Assembly (NCBI GenBank): GCA_040904985.1
Contig: JBBDSK010000271.1
Span: 486 to 64,485, forward strand
Source of the DNA: Woeseia sp.
Lineage (GTDB): Bacteria > Pseudomonadota > Gammaproteobacteria > Steroidobacterales > Woeseiaceae
Reading direction: 5' to 3'
DNA: 64,000 bases
Below the pieces are notes generated by a model. The model was not told the origin of the DNA and did no database searches. It was given only the letters and a program-made list of their open reading frames with translations. Shown in pieces: positions 57,208 to 64,000 of this stretch (position 1 is the stretch's first letter; every line of letters begins with the position of its first letter). Made by a program: the position numbers and the translations under genes.

Positions 57208-57440
57208 AGAGGAATCAAAGCATTCAGTACATCTCCGATCGTTCGCACTTCTCTGAACTTTTCAGGCGCAATCTTTTCGCCGGTCATTTCCTTCAGTTGT
57301 ACAAGCAGGTCCACTGCGTCAATGCTGTCTATCTGCAGTTCTTCGTACAGGTTGGCGTCCATCGAAATATCCGACGCTTCGACATCAAACTGTTCAACCA
57401 GGATTTCACGGATCTTCAGGAATAGTTCTTCTTTGTCCAT
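57204..57440 (-). CDS. Acyl carrier protein
   Basis: 78 aa: LYEELQIDSIDAVDLLVQLKE (DSxD phosphopantetheine site). Confidence 0.9.
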   Translation of the reverse strand: MDKEELFLKIREILVEQFDVEASDISMDANLYEELQIDSIDAVDLLVQLKEMTGEKIAPEKFREVRTIGDVLNALIPL

Positions 57441-57473
57441 ACAGGTATTCTAAATTGCGCTGCGCAAAAAAGT

Positions 57474-58292
57474 CTAAGAAAACCGGGATTGCACGGCCGC
57501 AGGCGCATCCTCATTCGCTGCCTGCACACGCGGCAGTGCGCTGGTAATCAGGATACGCAATGCCTCATTCATGGCATATCGCGCGTGTCGCTGATTGCGA
57601 AAGTCCTGAACCAGGTCGTACAGCGAAACTGGCAGCATGATTCGAATGGAAAAATGAGGCCGGGTCGGCGGCACGTAGTACCAGGGCTTTTCCTTCATCA
57701 GGAACGGGGGCGTACATTCAATCGCGATCGGCAATACACACGCGTCGGCGCGCACCGCCACAGCCGCCGCGCCTGGCTTGAACTCGATCGGCCGGCCAGG
57801 CACGGAACGGGTTCCCTCGGGAAACAGCAGTAAGCTGCTCCCCTTCTTTACCCGTTCCACGCAGCATTTCAGGAGATCCTCAAAGGCATCGTTCGCAATG
57901 TAGTTGGCGGCCCGAACGGTGCCGCGCATGAACGGATTTCGAATAACCGCCTCTTTGATCACGCAGTCGGCATGCGGAAACAGCGAGACCAGGAAGACGA
58001 CATCAATGAGCGTGGGATGGTTGGCAACAATCAGGTGGTTGCGCCCCTCCTCGATGTTCTCCTGGCCGCTGATTTCATAGGTGAGCACGCCAAGGCATTT
58101 CATCATCCATACGAAGGCACCGAAGGCACGCCCGATCAACCGCCGAGCGACAACCTGGCGGGCGACATCGTCGTGGATAAATACGAACAGGAAAGGAAAC
58201 AGCACAAGCCCCATGACGAGCCCGGCAACGCCGAAGACAGCGAAGCTGAGTGCGGTGGCAAACAACCGCCGAAAATAGTCGAGATACTTCAT
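57474..58292 (-). CDS. Lysophospholipid acyltransferase (PlsC/LPLAT family; ApeD-like)
   Basis: N-terminal TM. Motifs: VANHPTLIDV (HX4D) and LLLFPEGTRS. Confidence 0.85.
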   Translation of the reverse strand: MKYLDYFRRLFATALSFAVFGVAGLVMGLVLFPFLFVFIHDDVARQVVARRLIGRAFGAFVWMMKCLGVLTYEISGQENIEEGRNHLIVANHPTLIDVVFLVSLFPHADCVIKEAVIRNPFMRGTVRAANYIANDAFEDLLKCCVERVKKGSSLLLFPEGTRSVPGRPIEFKPGAAAVAVRADACVLPIAIECTPPFLMKEKPWYYVPPTRPHFSIRIMLPVSLYDLVQDFRNQRHARYAMNEALRILITSALPRVQAANEDAPAAVQSRFS

Positions 58293-58391
58293 CGCGCTGG
58301 CGAATTCAGTGAGTATCTTCTTGTAAAGGCCAATCTAAAGTTCTTTGTATCACAGTTGCAGCAGCCAGATACAGCACTGGCTTCACTGATT

Positions 58392-58403
58392 GGATAATTA
58401 TCC
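58392..58403. promoter_or_regulatory. Perfect 12-bp palindrome in the divergent promoter region of the PKS island (candidate operator)
   Basis: GGATAATTATCC lies in the 258-bp AT-rich gap between the LPLAT operon (start 58292, minus strand) and the KS-CLF-halogenase operon (start 58551, plus strand). Confidence 0.3.
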
Positions 58404-58550
58404 CGTAGAATGCAGGATGCCCGAATCAGTCGAGAGAACTGAACATTGCCCACGAACGAGGCTCTGCCCCCCGCTGAACGCCAACTGCACTAGCGATAGC
58501 ACGACCTGCCGCAAATCTCTGGCGGACCGTCGGAAAACCCGGCTGACGAA

Positions 58551-59738
58551 ATGGGGATAGCCATTAGTGCTTTTACCGCGACATCGGCCGCGGGCGTAGG
58601 ATTGGGCGAGCTGGAAGCGGCGATTGTCGAGCGCAAGTCCGGACTCCGGTACAACGATCTCGCAAGCTGCGAGCTCGACACCTGGGTGGGCCGCGTCCAG
58701 GCTCTCGATGCCGGCGCCTTACCGTCGCACCTGAAGCACCTAAACAGCCGAAACAACTTGCTGGCGTGGCTGGGACTGCAGCAGGATGGAATTCTGCCGG
58801 CACTAATGACGCTAACGGAGCGGATCGGCCCAGCGCGCGTCGGCGTAGTGATGGGCACGAGCACAGCCTGCATTGGCAGAACCGAGGAAGCGTACGGGAG
58901 ACTCGAGTCGTCCGGCCGGATGTCCGCGAACTACCGCCAGCCCGAGGTGCATAACTTGCATTCTCCCGGCATTTTCGTGACAGCGGCCACCGGTCTTCAA
59001 GGTCCAGCGCTAACCATCAGCACCGCCTGTTCGTCCAGCGCTAAGGTCTTCGCCACCGCCGCGCGCTGGATCGCGCATGGACTCGTTGACGCAGTTCTCG
59101 TCGGTGGCGTCGATAGCCTCTGTTTCAGCGTCTTGTATGGCTTCAATTCCCTTCAACTGGTGTCTGCGAAGCAATGCCGGCCGTTCGATCTGGGCCGGGA
59201 CGGAATCAACATAGGCGAAGCCGCCGGCTATGCGCTCCTGACTCGCGAGGAGTTGGCACCAGAGGCGGAATTTACACTGCTCGGCTACGGCGAAAGCTCC
59301 GATGCATGGCACATGTCCAGCCCACATCCCCAGGGCAGGGGTGCGATATTGGCAATGAAGCGCGCCTTGCAGTGCGCACAACTCGCACCTGAAACCATCG
59401 ATTACATCAACCTGCACGGCACCGCGAGTTCCGCGAATGACCTCGTTGAGACCTTGGCTCTGGCAGAAACATTCGTAGATCGCACACGCGCGAGTTCGAC
59501 TAAAGGCTGGACCGGCCACGCCCTGGGCGCCGCCGGCATTCTGGAGGCCGTCATTACGCTGAACGCCATGCGGCACGGGTTAATGCCCGGCACCCTCAAC
59601 TGCGAACACCCGGACCCTGAGCTACGCTTTCCGATACTTCAGGAGAACGTCAGTGAATCCATCCGCTACGCAATGACCAACTCGTTTGGCTTCGGCGGCA
59701 ACAACGCCGCGTTGGTCTTTGGCCACCGTGGTGGGTAA
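58551..59738 (+). CDS. Beta-ketoacyl synthase (type II PKS/FAS KS-alpha; ApeO-like)
   Basis: Active-site motifs: TISTACSSSAKVF (Cys), INLHGTASSAND (His), TKGWTGHALGAAG (His). Confidence 0.9.
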   Translation: MGIAISAFTATSAAGVGLGELEAAIVERKSGLRYNDLASCELDTWVGRVQALDAGALPSHLKHLNSRNNLLAWLGLQQDGILPALMTLTERIGPARVGVVMGTSTACIGRTEEAYGRLESSGRMSANYRQPEVHNLHSPGIFVTAATGLQGPALTISTACSSSAKVFATAARWIAHGLVDAVLVGGVDSLCFSVLYGFNSLQLVSAKQCRPFDLGRDGINIGEAAGYALLTREELAPEAEFTLLGYGESSDAWHMSSPHPQGRGAILAMKRALQCAQLAPETIDYINLHGTASSANDLVETLALAETFVDRTRASSTKGWTGHALGAAGILEAVITLNAMRHGLMPGTLNCEHPDPELRFPILQENVSESIRYAMTNSFGFGGNNAALVFGHRGG

Positions 59739-60543
59739 TGTCGCTATCATCGGTTTAGGCGCATGGAGTGAGCGCTTCGCCGACTGGAGCGCTCTGGCCC
59801 GGGGGCTTCGCACGGGCGCTTGGGACAGAAACGCCGTACTACAGCCCGCGCGGATTGCGTCCCGCGAACGCCGGCGGGCGCCGAAACAGGTCAAGATGGC
59901 GATCGAAGTTATGAGCCAAGCCTGCGAAATGGCCGATCTCGAGCCGGCGTCCGTCGCCACCGTGTTCTCCTCCGCGATGGGGGACATGGATATTACCAAC
60001 TACATGTGCAGCGCGCTCGCCATGTCGCCGCGCGAAATTTCGCCGACTCGCTTTCACAATTCGGTGCACAACGCACCGGCCGGCTACTGGTCGATCGCTA
60101 CCGGCTCGCACACCCCCGCCTCTGCCATTTCCGCCTACCGCTACACGGCACCGATGTCCTTTCTCGAAGCGGCCATCCAGGCCATTGAAGAAAACGTGCC
60201 CGTGCTTGTGGTGACGCAAGAAACAGCCGCGCCCGTCGCCCTAAAGGATACCTGTCCGACTGACACTGATTTCTCCGCGGCGATTCTGCTAGCGCCGTCC
60301 GACCGCAGCACAACTCCCGTGGCGACCGTGCGGTTCACCCTTCGCAGCGAGGCCGCAAGCTGGCCGCACACGCCTCACGATCTCGCGAACGCATATTCCG
60401 ACCATCCCGGGGCCGGCTTGCTACCCCTGCTCGCAGCCATTGCCATGCCTGGTGCCGAGCGCGTACCCGTACGCTTGACCTTTCCCGTATCGGCCGGCTC
60501 GAGCATTGAAGTGGTACTCAGCACGGGAGCCGCCGATGGCTGA
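59728..60543 (+). CDS. KS-like chain-length-factor protein (no active-site Cys; ApeC-like)
   Basis: Trimmed to GTG 59728/59731, overlapping the KS stop by 8-11 nt. Sequence: VAIIGLGAWS...RRAPKQVKMAIEV...FHNSVHNAPAGYWSIATG...ASAISAY. There is no Cys where a KS carries its nucleophile. Confidence 0.75.
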   Translation: MVGNVAIIGLGAWSERFADWSALARGLRTGAWDRNAVLQPARIASRERRRAPKQVKMAIEVMSQACEMADLEPASVATVFSSAMGDMDITNYMCSALAMSPREISPTRFHNSVHNAPAGYWSIATGSHTPASAISAYRYTAPMSFLEAAIQAIEENVPVLVVTQETAAPVALKDTCPTDTDFSAAILLAPSDRSTTPVATVRFTLRSEAASWPHTPHDLANAYSDHPGAGLLPLLAAIAMPGAERVPVRLTFPVSAGSSIEVVLSTGAADG

Positions 60544-62110
60544 CCTTTCCTCTCGGTTCGACGTTGCGATTATCGGCGGCGGCCTTTCGGGCCTGACGCT
60601 GGCGCTGCAGCTGAACCAATCGTCGCCGGAGCTGGCGATCATAGTGCTCGAACGAAGTCGCTTACCGCCGCCCGCGGCGGCGCACAAGGTCGGGGAAGCG
60701 ACCGTCGAAATCGGCGCGCACTACCTGGCCCACACGCTTGGGCTGAAACCGTTTCTCGATCGTTCGCAATTGCGCAAGTTCGGCCTCCGCATGTTCTTTG
60801 GCAGCGGCTATCACGACGATCTCGCGAGAGCCGACGAACTGGGCTCGAGCAGATTTTTGCCTGCCACCAGCTATCAGCTCGACCGCGGCACGCTTGAGAA
60901 GAAGCTGATCGAGCTTCTGACCGAACGCGGCGTGGACGTGCAGGGGGACAGTCGGGTAAGGCGCGCCAGCGTGTCCGCAAACAGCGGTGCGCACGAGCTC
61001 GTGGTCGTGCAGGACGGCAATGAACGGCGGATTCAGAGCCATTGGCTCATTGATGCCGCATCGCGCGCCCGCTTACTGAAGCGCGCGCTGAAGCTCGACA
61101 GGCAGCCCTCGCATCGAATGTGCTCGAGCTGGCTCAGGGTGGACAAGGTCATCGACGTCGACGAGTGGTCTGAGTGCCCTGACTGGAAGTCACTATGCCA
61201 CGGCGGGCCGCGGCGCCTGTCTACGAATCATCTGATGGGCCCAGGCTATTGGGCCTGGCTCATTCCGCTGGCGGGGGACCGAACCAGCATCGGCCTGGTT
61301 GCCGATCCCGCGCTGCATCCACAGTCAACTTACGACACGCTCGACAAACTCGAATTTTGGCTGGCCCGCCATCAGCCGATTCTTGCCGAGGCGGTCGCTG
61401 GCGCCAGAAACACGGTCATGGACTTTCGCACACTGAAGAACCTTTCGCAGGACAGCGGGCGGGTCTGGGGCGCACGCTGGGCTCTGACCGGTGAGGCTGG
61501 CGTTTTTGCCGATCCATTCTATTCTCCCGGATCGGATTTCATCGGCATTAGTAACACATTCATCAGCGATCTAATCATTACACATCGCTCAGACGGCGAG
61601 CACGCCCTGTACGCAGAAGCGTACGAGAGGATGTACAAGTCATTTTTCTCCAGCACAATGAGCCTGTACGAGGGGCAGTATCCGGGCTTCGGCGACACAC
61701 GCCTGATGGTGCTCAAGCTTACGTGGGATTATGCCTATTACTGGTCGGTATTGGCTTGGCTGTTCTTCCGCGAAGTCATGACGGATATTTCGTTCCTGCG
61801 CAGCCTTCAGCCGGCGCTGATACGAACGAGCTTGCTAAACCAAAGCTTGCAGAAGGAATTCAGGAAACGTGCAGCGGAGCAGCACCAGGACCGGGGGTGC
61901 GGGCGCTTCTTCGATCAAAGTGCGATACCGGTACTGGCGGGGCTGAACGCGGCGCTTCTCGACAACAGCAGCAATTTACGAGCGGAATTCAGTGGCAATT
62001 GCGAACGTCTCGAGGCGCTGGCGCCACTTCTGTTGTCGCTGCTCGACGGCCATTCTCCTGCGAACCGCGGGAGCTGCAGCCTCCTCGGCGACCTCGCCGA
62101 CCGCTTTTAG
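60536..62110 (+). CDS. Flavin-dependent halogenase-like FAD monooxygenase
   Basis: ATG 60536 overlaps the CLF stop by 8 nt. FAD motif: DVAIIGGGLSGLTLA. The candidate catalytic Lys context is AAHKVGEATVE. The halogenase signature WxWxIP appears as GYWAWLIPL. Also SPGSDFIG. Confidence 0.75.
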   Translation: MADLSSRFDVAIIGGGLSGLTLALQLNQSSPELAIIVLERSRLPPPAAAHKVGEATVEIGAHYLAHTLGLKPFLDRSQLRKFGLRMFFGSGYHDDLARADELGSSRFLPATSYQLDRGTLEKKLIELLTERGVDVQGDSRVRRASVSANSGAHELVVVQDGNERRIQSHWLIDAASRARLLKRALKLDRQPSHRMCSSWLRVDKVIDVDEWSECPDWKSLCHGGPRRLSTNHLMGPGYWAWLIPLAGDRTSIGLVADPALHPQSTYDTLDKLEFWLARHQPILAEAVAGARNTVMDFRTLKNLSQDSGRVWGARWALTGEAGVFADPFYSPGSDFIGISNTFISDLIITHRSDGEHALYAEAYERMYKSFFSSTMSLYEGQYPGFGDTRLMVLKLTWDYAYYWSVLAWLFFREVMTDISFLRSLQPALIRTSLLNQSLQKEFRKRAAEQHQDRGCGRFFDQSAIPVLAGLNAALLDNSSNLRAEFSGNCERLEALAPLLLSLLDGHSPANRGSCSLLGDLADRF

Positions 62111-62379
62111 GTGGGATAGCTGCGCACCCATTGCCGGCCACCCAGTGGTGCAATGACCGCCGGTTCTTGAGCTTGCCGGTGCTGATACTCTACTCGCGCC
62201 ATTGGGTAATCGTGATCGCAGCTGGTAATCATTCTCCACTCGCGACCTATACCTTCGTCGTACTTTTTCTCAGGAAGCACCGGCGGCCACAGGTTTACGC
62301 CACTCCGTCATGCTGGTATTAATGGAAGAAAAGAACGACCCGGCAACAGGGAAATTGGATGGCGACCGGAAGGATAAAC

Positions 62380-64000
62380 ATGCTTTTGATGTCCCACCAT
62401 GCCTGCCGCCGTACCCTGCCTGCCGCGCTCTTGCTTGCCTGCCTACCGTACGGTGCCGCTGCGGACGGCGACGCGCCGCCGGCGGAGGAGGCGATTGACG
62501 AAGTTACAGTGTTCGGCGAACGTCTGCCGGAAAAGTCGCCATTCGGGTTCACGCTGGAAGCGGAAGAGCTGACCAACATGCCGGGCACACAGAACGACCC
62601 CATCAAGGCGGTGGTCGCGCTGCCCGGCGTGCTGACGAACGACGACTTTGATACCGGTGTTGCACTGCGCGGTACGCGGCCCAACGAGAACCGCTATTAC
62701 ATGGACTTCCTGCCGACAGGCTACTTATTCCACTTGACTGGCCTGAGCGTGGTCGATGGCGACATGGTCGCGCAGTTGCGCCTATTGTCGGCCGGTTTCG
62801 GCGTGACATACCAAGGCGTCGTCGGCGGCATTATTTCGGCCAACACCCGAGATCCGCAGGCGGACGAGTGGGGGGGGCTGGCTGACATCAGCCTGCTCGA
62901 CGCCGGGCTGATGGTCGAAGGGCCGGTGAGTCAACGGCAACGGGTGGCGGTATCTGCGCGGGTCAGCTATTACGACCTCGTCATCGGCAATCTCGTCGAA
63001 GACCGCCAGGAGGAGGAGGAAGCGGGCCTCGACATCGTGCAGCTGCCACGTTACACCGATTACAGAGCTCGCTATCAGCTCGACATCGGCGGCGACGGCA
63101 AGCTAGATTTTTTGGTCGACGGCGCCACTGACGACGTACGCTTCAATCTTGATGAGACTTCCGACGAGGCCACGTTGGATCCGGCGCGGGCCGGCCGGTA
63201 CTTGTTCGATATTGCCTACAGCCGCCAAGGCATCGTGTACTCGCAGCCGTGGCGAGCCGGGATGCTGCGCGTCGGGCTCGGCCACATACGCTCCGACCTC
63301 ACCGGCGAATTCGGCGACACCGGCCATATGCAACAGACGAACAGCGAGACCGTATTCCGGTTGGTGAATCGAACGAACATCGCGCGTCACTCGCTGAAGC
63401 TCGGCATGTCCCTCTCAGCCATCGATCTCGAGCAGGATCTCGTTGTTCGTGATAATGGCTGCACCGAATTTGATGTCGAGTGCCTGTACACCGACAAGGA
63501 CTTCGAGACCAGTCGCATCGGGCTGAACTACGCTGGCGGCAATCTCTTTGTCGAGGACGAGATCGCCTTGGCGGAATCCTGGGACCTGACTTTCGGCTTG
63601 GGCTATACGGCCGACGACTACCTCAACGGCTCGGAAGTCGAACCGCGCCTGCGGCTCGACTGGCGAGCGGCGCCGTTCCTGACCCTCTCCGCCGGCGCGG
63701 GGCGCTACTCGCAGATGCCGGATTTTGAATACACCGATCCAAACTTAGGCAACCCCGAGTTGAGCTACGTGCACGCTGACCACTACGTTCTCGGCGCGGA
63801 CGGCGCCCTCGGGCGCGGATATCTCGCGAGCGTCAACGTGTTTTACAAGAACCTAGGCGACATCGTCACCAGCGACCCCCTGACGCGTTACGACAGCCGC
63901 GGCGCGGGCCGCGCCTGGGGAGCCGAGTTTTTACTGCGCAAGGGACTCGGAAAACTCACCGGCTGGACATCGCTGACCTGGTCACGGTCGTTCCGTACCG
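62380..64000 (+). CDS. TonB-dependent-receptor-like outer-membrane protein (3' end beyond the window)
   Basis: Absent from the ORF track because it has no stop in the window. Manual translation from ATG 62380 (GGAAGGA upstream): MLLMSHHACRRTLPAALLLACLPYGAAADG...IDEVTVFGERL...GTQNDPIKAVVALPGVLTNDD..GVALRGTRPNENRYYMDFLP.... The frame is open to base 64000. Confidence 0.8.
   Translation, partial: MLLMSHHACRRTLPAALLLACLPYGAAADGDAPPAEEAIDEVTVFGERLPEKSPFGFTLEAEELTNMPGTQNDPIKAVVALPGVLTNDDFDTGVALRGTRPNENRYYMDFLPTGYLFHLTGLSVVDGDMVAQLRLLSAGFGVTYQGVVGGIISANTRDPQADEWGGLADISLLDAGLMVEGPVSQRQRVAVSARVSYYDLVIGNLVEDRQEEEEAGLDIVQLPRYTDYRARYQLDIGGDGKLDFLVDGATDDVRFNLDETSDEATLDPARAGRYLFDIAYSRQGIVYSQPWRAGMLRVGLGHIRSDLTGEFGDTGHMQQTNSETVFRLVNRTNIARHSLKLGMSLSAIDLEQDLVVRDNGCTEFDVECLYTDKDFETSRIGLNYAGGNLFVEDEIALAESWDLTFGLGYTADDYLNGSEVEPRLRLDWRAAPFLTLSAGAGRYSQMPDFEYTDPNLGNPELSYVHADHYVLGADGALGRGYLASVNVFYKNLGDIVTSDPLTRYDSRGAGRAWGAEFLLRKGLGKLTGWTSLTWSRSFRT

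Noticed and set aside
1-64000. Search for CRISPR arrays, rRNA/tRNA genes, prophage, IS or integron signatures, toxin-antitoxin pairs and known defence-system genes.
   Set aside because: I found no spaced direct repeats, no rRNA- or tRNA-like segments, no transposase, integrase or recombinase translations in any frame of the ORF track, and no recognisable defence genes.

Overview
This is a high-GC window (about 62-70% by eye on sampled lines) that looks like proteobacterial chromosome. I support about 50 intact CDS and at least 7 gene fragments. I recognised no rRNA, tRNA, CRISPR array, transposase or integrase. All functional calls come from reading motifs in the supplied or hand-made translations; no searches were run.

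Layout, left to right:
1. An M23-like peptidase 5' part running off the window, an HPF/RaiA-like plus eRF1-like (baeRF) pair, and a DUF2779 nuclease next to an ATP-dependent DNA ligase.
2. An AT-rich orphan gene with a PP-loop-like motif.
3. A minus-strand amidase/peptidase operon (two M20 enzymes and an amidohydrolase). Then a TPR protein, an FAD/BBE oxidase, a ribokinase abutting a decayed nucleoside hydrolase, a TonB-dependent receptor, an SpdH-like amine oxidoreductase and Mug.
4. A MEDS, hybrid histidine kinase and two unknown membrane proteins in one string. Then GFA, a ChrR-like cupin, a DUF305-LVIVD fusion, a head-to-head deletion scar, a GGDEF protein, and M20 plus DUF885.
5. A TonB-dependent receptor with two paralogous TPR-sulfotransferases, an MTHFR-like gene and an Asp/Asn beta-hydroxylase.
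6. A 3 kb patchwork of gene fragments.
7. An island of about 11 kb with lower GC, encoding an aryl-polyene/xanthomonadin-like type II PKS and lipid-anchoring genes plus a translationally coupled flavin-dependent halogenase. It has no starter ligase and no LolA/MMPL export genes.
8. A partial TonB-dependent-receptor-like gene.

The best candidates for something new are the reduced halogenase-bearing PKS island, the receptor/sulfotransferase/MTHFR-like/hydroxylase locus, the baeRF-HPF pair and the AT-rich PP-loop orphan.
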